From the NCBI RefSeq assembly GCF_018350175.1, contig NW_025408533.1, forward strand, positions 1 to 59,649: 59,649 bases of DNA, given 5' to 3'. How positions within the stretch are numbered: position 1 is the first letter of the stretch; each line of letters begins with the position of its first letter. Below the pieces are notes generated by a model. The model was given only the letters and a program-made list of their open reading frames with translations, made no database searches and was not told the origin of the DNA. Below are positions 15,405-26,295 of the stretch, piece after piece. The translations under genes and the position numbers were made by a program. The stretch comes from Felis catus (taxonomy: Eukaryota).

Positions 15405-15650
15405 CGGGGCGCCTGGGTGACTCAGTCGGTAAGCGTCTGACTTCGGCTCAGGTCATGATGTCACCGTTGGTGAGTTCCAGCCCAGCGTCGGGCTCTCTGC
15501 CCGTCGGCACCGAGCCTGCTTTGGATCCTCTGTCCCCCTCTGTCTCTGCCCCTCCCCCACTGGCTCTCTCTCTCCCCCTCTCTCAAAATAAATAAACTTA
15601 ACACACACGCACACACACACACACGCACGCACGCAGACACACGCGCGATG
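15405..15650 (+). mobile_element. Can-SINE followed by (CA)n
   Basis: ggggcgcctgggtgactcagtcgg head. Confidence 0.9.
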
Positions 15651-16059
15651 CAAGAATTTTTGAGATTAATAGGTGAAAGGGACAAGTCCAAAATCACGGT
15701 TGGAGTTTTTAACATCCTCTCTCAGCAAGCGAGAGAGAGAGACAACACACTCTGTTAAAAGAAATAGAGCAGGGATTGGCAAACTACCGCCTCCTGGCCA
15801 AATCCAGCCCGGGGCCTCTTTTATGTGAAAAGTTTGTTGTCCCCTGACATAGAACATACGATCAGTGGTATCACCTACCTTGACCGATGTCTTTAGAACA
15901 CTAAACAGGAGATCTGAATTTCACATGTGTGTCCACTACACATTGTTTTCAAGTACAAGTATGTTCGCCAAGATAAAGCATTTTCTGAGCCACGGACCAA
16001 TTCTCAACACATTTCAACGTCAAGGATTGAAATTTAACCCGGTACGTCTCTGACCAGCC

Positions 16060-16335
16060 TTGCCTTGTTCTTGATTCTAGAGGGAAAGCTTTCAACCTCT
16101 CACTGTTGCGTATGATGTCAGCTGTGGGTTTTGTCGTATGTGGGCTTTGTGGTATTGAGCTATACAACTTTTCTCTGCCCCCATTCGTGGAGGATTTTTA
16201 TCATGGAAATATGTTCTATTTTGTCAAACGCGTTTTCTGCACCTAGGGAGATGATCATATGGTTTTTATCTTTCATTCTAACGATGCGGTGCTTCGTTTA
16301 TAGACACGCATGTGTTGAAAGATCCTTGTTTTCCG
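16060..16335 (-). mobile_element. Inverted L1 ORF2 fragment
   Basis: ccttgttcttgattctagagggaaagctttc..atgatgtcagctgtggg..gagatgatcatatggttttt. Confidence 0.8.
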
Positions 16336-16640
16336 GCTGCAGGTTCCTCCTGCCCGTGCCCGGAGATGAGAGCTGCCTGCCCCGTAGACAGTGACAAAGA
16401 ACAGGGCAGACAGAGACAGTCCGAGGCTCAGGCTGAGGCGCTCTTTGGTGACACTGCTCATTGAAATGCTTCCACCAGCCACAGGCCGCTCTAGACACTG
16501 GCCACCTTCTTGCTGTGACACCTGCCTCCAGGACAAGGCAGCTGTGCCTTTACTTTCCTCACTTGTCCTGAGGACCTATTCGGAGACGCTCAGGTACAGA
16601 TTCGTGACTATAGAGTCACGGAGTTCTACACAGCTCAGTC
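16296..16640 (+). repeat. 345-bp inverted repeat unit A (pairs with 19158-19502)
   Basis: Reverse complement of 19158-19502 with few mismatches; the same ORF-track peptides appear on opposite strands. Confidence 0.95.
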
Positions 16641-17096
16641 ACGTGCTCAGAGGCTTTAGGAGTTGGGCCATGGCAGTCTGTTTGGGCATGGACAGTGGGG
16701 ACCATGAGCCGCACCACCGTGTGGGGAGTAGTGTCAGGCAGAGGCTTCCTGGATATCGCAGCTGGCGGGCCGTCGAAGGCTCGTGGCACGGCTGGTTCAG
16801 GCAGACGCATCGACGCGGGTGCCCATTTGGGCAGACGCCCTAGGGTGTCGTGGCACTCTAAGGGGTGGAGCTTCATAGGTGAGAACTGATTGGCTACAGA
16901 AGGGACTGCTTGGTGGGAACCAATCACAGGTCAGGAGGCATTACCAGTGGTCCGTGTGGACAGTTGCTCTGGGCATCCGGAATTGCATTGTGGAGTAAAG
17001 GGGTGAAGCATTGTGAGAGAGCGCTTTGTCCTTCAGTGATGCCTTGAGAGGGTGGGCGGATTCAAAGTTGGGTCTCAGGTGGCTGGTGGAGGCCCC

Positions 17097-18253
17097 GTGA
17101 GGGCAGCAGACGAAGGCACGGGTGCCGTGGGCGTGGTGGTGGGCGCAGCAGGTGGTGGCCAGTGTGTGCCAGGTGGACCTCGTGGTGTCAGTGGCCCCAG
17201 AGTCCCTGGTGGTTCGGGTGGTGCCTGTGACCCTGGCCATCCCAGCAACCCCGGAGGCCTGAGCGATCCGGAAAGAACCAGCATTGTGGGAGAGGTAGGT
17301 GCCGCCTCTGGTGGCGCTCTCCAAATGGAGCGGGCACCCTACACACCAGGTCCTGGTGGAGATGCCGCGCCTGGCGCTAGAGGTCCTGGTAACCGACTGC
17401 TTCAGTTGTATCCTATTCAAGGAGTCCCAGCGGGCTGGACGGCAGGGGGATGGGCTGGAGGTGGTCTGGCGCGCGGCGGGGTGGGGTGTGGGGGGGAGAC
17501 TTGGGGAAGTGGAGTTGAAAGGGGAGCAGGAGGGAGCTCCGGGCACCTGGAGGGTATCGGCTAGGGTTTGGCCCGTGCTGACAGAGGATGGGGAGTGGGG
17601 TGGACCGCCTGATGGGACTGAAGCGGTAGGGACAATGCTATCCGGGGTGGCCTGGCTGTATAGGGTGGGAGGTTGTGGACAGCCTGAGGGTCAGCCTGGG
17701 GTGGGGAAGGCAGGCCTCACTGAAGAGGAGGCCTGAGGCACAGGCAAAATTAGTACTGTGGATGGTGCCTTAACCCAGTCTCCACCAGCACCCTCACTAT
17801 ACCTTTCCCCTCGGCCATGGATGCGGAGATTGCCCACAGGTTCCTGACTCCAAACGAGGAGCTCCAGGAGCCAGTTCGGGAGGAGCTCCATGTGAACGGC
17901 AGCATCCTGACTGTGTTAGTTCTAGAACGGTCCAGGGAGAGGGTGGTGGCAGGTGACCAGGGACAAGGTCAATTCCGGAGGAGCTGTAACGGAGACAAGG
18001 GAAACAGGAAAGGAGTGAGTCGAAGGAAGGAGTGTGGTGCTCTAGGATCGTTGCTGTGTGAAGGGGCGGAGCGGGGAATGTGCCCCACCGGCCCTCTAAC
18101 TTGACTTATTTTTTCCTACCTCGTAGCCGCTTGACTGCCGATGACCCTGGCCAGCTCCAAATGTCCATCACCTCCTGTCTTGGCCAGCTTTCCCTAGTGA
18201 TACGGGCCATGCAGATCATCATGCCCCCCTTTTTCACAAAGCCGCAGCAGTGA
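17097..18253 (+). CDS. CTAG-like: CTAG/LAGE3 family copy 2; exons 17097-17407, 17789-17914, 18127-18253; GTG at the ancestral start (187 aa), first in-frame ATG at 17325 (111 aa)
   Basis: ..GARGPGNRLLQF-TLTIPFPSAMDAEIAHRFLTPNEELQEPVREELHVNGSILTV-RLTADDPGQLQMSITSCLGQLSLVIRAMQIIMPPFFTKPQQ*; U12 intron 1 (GTATCCTA, GCCTTAAC at 17767); CCAAT upstream at ~16920. May be a young pseudogene. Confidence 0.82.
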
Positions 18254-19157
18254 AAAGGTGGCTGGACCCAACTCTGTGTCCCCCCCACATGACAGTGATT
18301 CCTGCAGCAGCTGCCGTTTTCTTACTGAGGCCGCATCTTTTGCCTATACTGGCCCTTGGGTGCTTCAGATCCACATTTTTTTTTTTTTTTTTTTTTTTTT
18401 GGTGATCAAATGGTAACTGCTACTATTCTGTGTCTGGGTTTATTTTTAAAGCATCTACGCCTTCTCCTATTCTCGCCTTTGTTCTCAGGTAGGGGGAGAG
18501 ATTCTGACATTCAGATACTCAAGTACTAGAAGGCAATTGAAGAAGACAAGTTAGGCGACGGGAGAAAAAAATTATGTCCTGTTATTCAGGACATTAACTA
18601 CTGTCAACATGTTAGAACTTTTGTTTTAGTTTTATACTAGCATATACATAGTCATGTATAATACCTGCAGAGTAGGACTTTGTGGCTTCTCGGCCTTGAT
18701 TCAGATCTGTGCAGAAGAGCGCTGGGACAGCTGGCTAGGTCGGCCCCACTGCCCATTCTATACTCCCGTGTCATCAGAGGCCTCATTCCCTGAGGTTCCG
18801 AACCCACAATTCTCAGAGCTCCTTGTGGTTGGCTCTCACTTGTATCATCCTTCCCCAAAGTGTTTTTCCAGTTTATTACGCTGCTGCTTGCTTCCCTGAA
18901 GTCCTGACAAGGGTCCTGGAGGAAAACAAAAAGGGGAAGAGGTCTCCCTGAGGTGGGGAGGGGACATGAAGTACATTACCCTTTGCCTTCCCCTCCAAGA
19001 CTCTCTTATTTAGCACAACAGTGGGGCCACGTACAAGGCACCCGAGTGGCTGAGGAGGGGAATGGGCGACGCCCCGGTGCACGAGGTGAGTCTCTAAATC
19101 GGAGAGAGGAGGAACAGAGCCTTGCCTGAGGGAGAATTAGCAGTGTCAGCAGAGAGA

Positions 19158-19502
19158 GACTGAGCAGTGGAGAACGCCGTGACTCTATAGTTACGAATCT
19201 GTACCTGAGCGTCTCCAAATAGGTCCTCAGGACAAGTGAGGAAAGTAAAGGCACAGCTGCCTTGTCCTGGAGGCAGGTGTCACAGCAAGAAGGTGGCCAG
19301 TGTCTAGAGCGGCCTGTGGCTGGTGGAAGCATTTCAATGAGCAGTGTCACCAAAGAGCGCCTCAGCCTGAGCCTCGGACTGTCTCTGTCTGCCCTGTTCT
19401 TTGTCACTGCCTACGGGGCAGGCAGCTCTCATCTCCGGGCACGGGCAGGAGGAACCTGCAGCCGGAAAACAAGGATCTTTCAACACGTGCACGTCTATAA
19501 AC
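19158..19502 (-). repeat. 345-bp inverted repeat unit B
   Basis: See 16296-16640. Confidence 0.95.
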
Positions 19503-19590
19503 CCCGCCCTCGGCCGCCTCTCCAGCAGCTGCTGCCTCTCCAGCGGCTGCTCCCTCACCAATCGTCGCCACGCGCTGTGACGCGTGACCC
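19490..19590 (-). promoter_or_regulatory. Candidate core promoter (CCAAT, GC box, TATA-like) pointing into repeat unit B
   Basis: Minus strand reads gattgg..gagggcggggtttatagac. Confidence 0.35.
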
Positions 19591-20304
19591 CACTGCACCC
19601 ACGCAAACCAGTCCCACCTCAGCTCCACCCCCTCCCCACACCCCTAGCCCCTCCCCAGACCTCGTGGGAGGCCGCCAGGCACCACGGCCTGTTGTCCAGA
19701 GGGCCCTGCCTCTTCCTTGGGCTCAGTGTCCCCAGCACGTGGGGCTCCACGACCTCGCAGCGGTTCGTGGAGGGAGATGGGCCACAGCCCAGACGGACAC
19801 GGCCCCGCACCCCGTCCCCTTCCCCGGTACCGGTGGACACACCACAGCGGCCTTTGGAGGGGGCGACTGAGCACAGGTGCGGATCAGATCGGCGGTCTGG
19901 GAAGGTCACGAAGGGGCTCCCGTCGGGGGGCAAGCCTGCCAGTAGCAGGCAAGGAGGGAAGGGATGGCGACTGGAGCTAAAGTAGTTAGTGGCCACGGAG
20001 AACAGGGATGCGGTCGCATAGGGAAAAACCACAGTGCAAAAGGGAAATCACTAAAATCCCAACTTAGGAAGCTACTGTATATGTGCACGGAAATCCTGCC
20101 ACGGTAGCCTGAAGTGTAAACACCTCGTATGTCTGTGTGGTGGGATTGAGGGTGGTCCCCACTTCTTTTGTGTGCATTTCTCCCCCAAAAGGTTCAGAAT
20201 GACTTTACATGACCTTTGGTGTTTTCAATTCTTTGACATCCTTGTGTGCGTGATCTCTACGCCCCACGTGGTGCGGCACTCACGACCCAGTGAGTGCTTC
20301 CACA

Positions 20305-21402
20305 AGTCAGGCTTGAGAGAGCAGATGATGCCATCCAGGGCGCCGGGCAGCAGCACTCCCCGCACCAACAGCACGACGAGGACCACGCAGGGGAAGGTAG
20401 CCGTGAAGTACACGATCTGGGGCGGGGGAGGGACGGGGGGGGGGTAACCTGCTCAGAAGGGGCCCTGCGGCCCCGCCTCCCCACTTAGGGGTCCCCAGCC
20501 TCAGCAGGGGGGCAGGCGGGCCACACTCCCCCCACTGTGGTACGGTCCGCTCCGAGGTCAAGCGGGAGGCCAGCCTGCAGCCCCCCCTTCTACTCCTCAG
20601 AGCCTGGGCTCCTCCCGAAGGAAGCGGGGTGCTCAGCTGGCCACCGGCCGCCCCCGCAAGGACAGGTCAGCTGTAGAGAGGGAGGGCGGAGGCAGGACCT
20701 TCCCCGGGTGGGGAGCAGGACATCGGCCTGGAGGCAGGTCCCATGCCTCCTGTGGTTCTCTGCACAGAGGCAGGGTCCTGGGCAGGACAGAGTGGACTGG
20801 GCCGGCCGGAGACAGAGGCGACAGCGAGGTGACCGCGAAGACCTCTGCCTCCGTCCCACCCTCAGCAGAGCAGGACAGGTAGGCAAGGGAGGGCCACGGG
20901 CCGGGTCCCCCCAGGCTGGCCGCAAAGCAGAGAGTGAGGAAGTAGTGAGTGAGGAAGAGAGGGAAACTGGGGCAGGGATGCCCGACACAGGCAAGTTCAG
21001 CTGGGGGTCGCCTGGGCCTGTCCCCTCAGGACGGAAGTCGGCTGGGCTGGAGTGTGGAGGTTGCGGAGCACTACCCAGGCACGCGTGGGAAATCCACCGG
21101 GCTGGGTTCAAGGACCTGCCCCCGCCTCAGGCCCTGGCCCGGTCACCTCGCATGGCAGGGTCCACCTGCCCCCCCCTAGCGGAGACACCCCTTCTCCCCA
21201 CCGGCCATGCTGCCCCCACCCCTGCCATCATCACCCACCCCGACCCGCCGGCCTCCAGCTGTACCTTTCCTGTTGACTTGACCCCCTTGCAGACACAGAA
21301 GTAGGCCAGCACCCAGCAGGCCTGCAGACACAGGGTCACCTCCCAGTTGAGGGCCCCTGGCACGTCCAGCCCCCCCACCCCGAGAGCCGAAAGACTTTGT
21401 TC
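20305..21402 (-). pseudogene. SLC6A8: Second SLC6A8 fragment: exon 4 (21265-21402, +5 nt frameshift) and exon 5 truncated at ~20305
   Basis: [35 protein letters not shown] and [37 protein letters not shown], then homology stops; the intron is homologous to 1887-2733. Confidence 0.92.
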
Positions 21403-21954
21403 CTGGGGGGAGGGGGGGACAGCCCGTCAGGGCTGCCGCAGCAGAGGGCAAAGCGACCGGGGAGCTGTCGCCGGGGCGGTGCTCCCCCGAGCCGCTGCCC
21501 TCAAGTCCAGGTGGGCCCCCCTGGGCCCCCGGCCCAAGCCCACAGCCATTGCAGTGGGAGGCAGGAGCCCGGGAGCCCCCGGCCGGAGGCCGGTCGCGCC
21601 CTCGGCGGTGTACCCTCCCCCAGGCTGGCAGGCACTAGGGGACTGACGGCGCCCGGGACCGACAAATGGTGAGGGAGCCAGGCCCATCCCTTCCAGCTCC
21701 CCTAGGGGCCGTGCGGGGTGTGCTCCCTGAGGACAGGCAGGGCCTGGGAGTGGCCCCTGCTCGGCATCCCGCGTAGGCCCCCCCCCCCCGGCCCCCGGGT
21801 CGCAGGGCCCCCGGGACACGCAGACCCGAGCCGTACGGGGAGCCCACAGACAGGGACAGGCACGGTGCTGCCCAGAAGCGCCTGAGCGCGGCCCACGCCT
21901 CGATGCCCGGGACCGGGCGGGCGGCGGTCAGCTGGCTGCTGGCAAGTGCGCCCG

Positions 21955-22240
21955 GCTGGCGCCTGCGCAGACACAGGCTTGGGGGGAGGGGCGGGCCGGG
22001 CCGGAAACAGTCACGTGCCAGTGGCCTCACCAGAATGCTCTCGGGGACGTAGGAGCCCGACAGTGACGTCACGCGTCGGGGGGCGCAGCGTCCGGAACCA
22101 GCCTCCATCTCCTCGGGGTCAGCGTCGACCGGATCCAGGCTCTGCCGGCTCGGTGGGAACCAGCTCCGCGGGGTCTGTCTGCGCAGGCGCCCTGGCCATC
22201 CCCGACAGCCTTGCGCGCCGAGGGGCCGGGCTTCGCGAGG
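21955..22240. promoter_or_regulatory. CpG-island promoter upstream of LAGE3-like copy 3
   Basis: NRF1-like (21959 and ~22180), ETS (22001), E-box (22011), CRE (22064-22071); the proximal block 22170-22260 is homologous to 31438-31530. Confidence 0.65.
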
Positions 22241-22317
22241 CCTGCCAGGGGTCTCAGCGGTCGGCCGACAGTGGGCGCAGCGTAGCGGTGGGCTCTGAGG
22301 AGGCCGGTGCGGCGGCC

Positions 22318-23457
22318 ACGAGGGCCCCGGACGACGAAGCGGCCTCTCCGGCCCCGGACGACGGCGCGGAGGAAGTGGCGGTCACGCAGGCCCCTGACGA
22401 TGACGGCGCGGACGGCGCGGCGGTCACGCGGGCTCCCGAGGGTGGCGCGGAGGACGCGGGGGCAGGCCCACAGGCCTCCGACGGAGGCACGGACGGCCAC
22501 GACCCCCAGCTTAGCCCCCGAGGTCCCGGTTGCCAGGGCAACTGCAGCCGCCACGATGGCGAGGGTGGCCCTGGCAGCAAGGGAGCAGTGGTCGAGGGGG
22601 CCTGCGCCCCTCCCCTGGCCGAACGGGCCCCGAGGGCCCTGGCCCCCGGTGGAGACGCAGCGCCGGCGGCGGCGGCGGTGACCTCCTCAGGACTGCTGGA
22701 GTTGTATCCTTTCCGTGGAGCCTGTCTGGGCAGGGGCCGTGGCGGGGTGGCTGGGGAGCAGGGCGGCAGCCCGGGGACGGGATGGACGGGGGCGGGGGTG
22801 GGCAGCCTGGCGGGCCCCCAGGGTGGGGGAAGCGGCTCAGGGTGGGCAGAGGTGGCGGGAGGGAGCGCGAGTGTCCCGGGGGTAGAGGCGGGCCTCTGAG
22901 TGGTCAGGAGGCTTCAGGCCATGGGAACTCCAGGAGCCCGTTGTGCCTTAACCGGGTGCCTCCCAGCAGGCTCACTGTGTCTTTCCGGTCGCCCCTGGAG
23001 GCAGAGATGGCCCGCAGGGCCCTGACTACACACGTCCAACGCCACCGAGGGTTGGCTCAGAAGGAGCTTTGCGTGAGGGGCAGCGCCCTGGCCGTGTGAG
23101 TCCTCCAACAAGAGTATGCGCGGGACGGGTGGGCGGTGGCGGCGGGTGCCGTGGTCGCATCTCTGCCTTCCAGTGCCGTCGTGGAGGCCCCGACGCACGC
23201 TGTTAGGTGGAAGGCGGGGGGGTGGGGGGTTGTGTGGGGGAAGGGGCTGGTGCCCTGCACCTCCACAGCAGGTCTCCCCTTTAACCGGATTTCCCTCTTC
23301 CCTCACTTCTAGGAGATGGACTACTGAAGACCCCATCTGCTTCCGAGTTTCCGTCAACTCCTTCTTGGACCGGCTTCCCCTGGTGATACGAAACATTCGC
23401 GCCTTGGGGTCCCGGCCTCCGCGGCGCCTAGGTCCGGGAAAGGGGGCCGAGGCCTAA
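22318..23457 (+). CDS. LAGE3-like: LAGE3-like copy 3; exons 22318-22703, 22967-23095, 23313-23457; ACG at the ancestral start; 219 aa if used
   Basis: ..SSGLLEF-RLTVSFRSPLEAEMARRALTTHVQRHRGLAQKELCVRGSALAV-RWTTEDPICFRVSVNSFLDRLPLVIRNIRALG..* parallels LAGE3 (FTLSVPFPTPLEAEIA..VRWKAED..RISVINFLDQLSLVVR); U12 intron GTATCCTTT / GCCTTAAC at 22945. No in-frame ATG in exon 1. Confidence 0.8.
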
Positions 23458-24779
23458 CCTGGTAGCCCTCACTGGGCAAGGCACGGGGCGTTGACACTTG
23501 GCGTCCTCGCCACTTTACTATCGGGGGTCTAACGTTCTGCAGGTCCGGGCCTCGGTGGCTCTTGGCCCACTTCAGTTCCTTCCCTGCGCCCGGAGGGACG
23601 GGCGCTTACGTGTTTGTCACTGCACAACATGAAACTGAGCTACTCTTTTGTGTCCGAGTTTCTTCTCAGTTCCTGCGCCTCCACATTTTCTTACCTTTGT
23701 TCTGGTGTTGGAAGGGAGGTTCTGGGAATCGTAGTCCAGCAGCCCAAGCTTATCGAAGACGACTCAGGGAGAGGAAAATCAGGTCCTATATTCAGCGGTA
23801 AATACTGCTGACGTTTTGGAATACGTTCCTAGTTGTATTTACCCGTTGAATGGATAGCAACGTATAACGTATCCATTTTCCAGTTTAGCGTTAACTTTTC
23901 TCCGGATCCTTTTTGTTTCGTTTTGTTTTGTTTTTGTTTTTCCCCGTTGAACGTACTAGCTTTCCCACTCCCTAAAACCCTTCAAAAACTGTTATCCAGG
24001 AGACACACAAATGTATTATTACATAATGTTGAGCAGTCGGGTCGTTCTCAGCTTTGCCCCTATTATGGGTCGTGTGAGTCAATGGGATTCTTGAACAGAA
24101 GTCTTTGCGCGAACAGTTACTTCCTTCAGATCGTTTCCAAGAGGTAGAATTCCCGCGTTCTATAGCTTCTCGGCACACAAGTGCTCTCCAGAAAAGGCGC
24201 CCCGCCGCCAGAAGTCTGGTCTCCCCGCATCACCAACCAGTAGGGTGGCTTCCTACCGAAGTAGAAGACTCCTTTTGTACCAGGGAAATAAGCACGGAAA
24301 CACTAGAATAGGAATTTTGGGGCTTACTGGCCTTGTTTCCGATGAGCAAGGGGGTGGTGCCACAAGTGGCTACGGGTTTGGGGGCGGGGTGGGGGGTGGT
24401 TAGCTCCCTCTGAGTAGCTTGTGTCTTGGAACCTCGCTAAACAGGAGTGCTAGCCTCACGAGGGTTCCCTCGGAGTTTCTACATGCATGGTCGTGATCTC
24501 TGCAAGCAAACACGGTTTTGGTTCCTTCCTTTCCGGCCTTGCCGGGGCTACGGGGGCGGGGGGAGGGAACAGGCTGACACTGGACAGATGGGAAGCAAGA
24601 GCAAGAAGGCACATGGCAGAGAACCAAATCCTGGATCCAGCCACGCCTGAAGACAGAACTATCCGCCCCCCGCCCCCGCCACGATCGTTCAGTTACACAC
24701 ATCCAGAAACTCTCCCTTTGGTTAAGCCAACATGAATCCTTTTTTTCTTCTTTCTTTCTTTCTTTCCCTTTCTCTTTTG

Positions 24780-24993
24780 TTTGAATGCTTTTATTTAGTG
24801 TTTGAGAGCAAGACAGAGACAGCGTGAGCGGGGAAGGGGCAGAGAGACAGAGAGGGAGACACAGAATCTGAGGCAGACTGCAGGCTCTGAGCTGTCGGCA
24901 CAGAGCTCGACGCAGGGCTCAAACCCACGAACTGTGAGATCGTGACCTGAGCCGAAGTCAGACCCTCAACCGACTGAGCCACCCAGGCACCCC
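24780..24993 (-). mobile_element. Can-SINE
   Basis: Head and tail; the (TTTC)n tail is longer in the mirror copy. Confidence 0.9.
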
Positions 24994-26295
24994 CGTCGTG
25001 AATACTTTTTTTTGCTTTTCTTTTTGTCTGTCTTCACTTGTAATAGAAAAGTCTTGTCCTTTATTGACTCGAGGAACCGTAGGTTTTCTTGTCACTTCAC
25101 CTGAGAACGTGGCTCTCCCTTCTTTTAACGGAGAAACTGGGCTCTTTAAGTTTACAAAGGCATTGGCTCCTAGCTGGTAGGCCTTCAAGCCGTATGGTGG
25201 TAGAGTCTTCTGTGGGTAAGAGTCCAGAGAGGGAGGGGAGGGACTGCAAGGGGCAGCTGGAGGAAAGGGACAAAGAGAAGGGGCACTGGGACCCACCCTT
25301 TCCGGATAGGGCTCCCAAGACTGGCCCGGAATTGTGGGGCCAGATCGTCAAGAGACCGGAACTTAGTGTGAGCCTCCCTCCCTCTCCCAGCAAAGCCCAG
25401 AGTTAGGCCACCGCCCTGGCCCCACAGACGGACTGCTGAAGGCGCCGGGCGGCCTTAACACGTCAGTCAGGTCACAAAACAAGTCGATTCCAACGCGTCC
25501 CCGGGCTCCCCTCCCAGAGACGAGCCAGAGCCCTGCCCCGCGGCCCGCCGCGTCAGATGTGATCCGGCCCGCATCTTCCACGGCCTCCTTCCCTCCCCTC
25601 TCCACCTTGCTCACTCTCGGATCCAGCCACACTGGCCTCCTCCCTTCTCTGAAACACACCAGGCCCAGGCCTGCCTCAGGACCCTTGCACTGCCTCTTCC
25701 CTGCCTGGACCTCTCGTCCCCCGGGGTTCCATCTGGCCCACTCAAATAGCATTCCTGGCCGCTCTCCTTAAGGTTGCGTCCCACGCTCTCCCCACCTGCA
25801 TTACTTTCACAGGTGTCGGGGGGTAAGAAGCAGGTGGGCCCGTCAGCATGGAGGTGCACGTGCGGCAGTAAAGCGTCGTGGGACACGAAGGAGCTTGGGT
25901 GCTGTCGATGACCCTAGGGAGTCTTGAACGGAGCGGGACGGGATGCAGCTTACGTCTTATCAGGTTCCCGGTGCCTGCTGCGCTGGGAAGGGGACGAGGG
26001 CAGGCAGGACAGAAGTGGGGAGACTGGCACGCAGGCGAGAGACCCCCAGGCTGCGGCCAGTGGAGGTGGGGAGAAGGGAACGGGTTCCGACCGGATCTTG
26101 ACGGGAGAGCCACCGGGGTTTGCTGGCACGGATCGGACGTGGCCCTGGACCTCCTCAGATGCGCGGGACCCGTGCAACGGGTCACCCTTCCTCCCACAAA
26201 GGGAGCCCAGCTCCTCCAGAGTCCAACAGCCTCCCCACCTGCCTCCCTGCTCGCCGACCACCCACCTGCCACACACTGCCACCGTTTTCCCGACG

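Larger units (their letters stand above)
11130..16050 (+). mobile_element. Old fragmented L1 (ORF1 end, ORF2 and 3' pieces) interrupted by SINEs
   Basis: L1 hallmarks such as tatgaggccagcattac, aagtggggtttatcccaag, aaaaatcctacagctaacat..cttaatggtgaaag; no intact ORF. Confidence 0.85.

Noticed and set aside
16391-16843. Repeated ORF MTKNRADRDSPRL.. as a four-copy gene
   Set aside because: GTG start, divergent ends outside the 345-bp unit, and no known homology; explained by the repeat.
19600-20300. Possible IKBKG or GAB3 exon in the unassigned segment next to the SLC6A8 breakpoint
   Set aside because: No peptide match could be recognised; needs BLAST.
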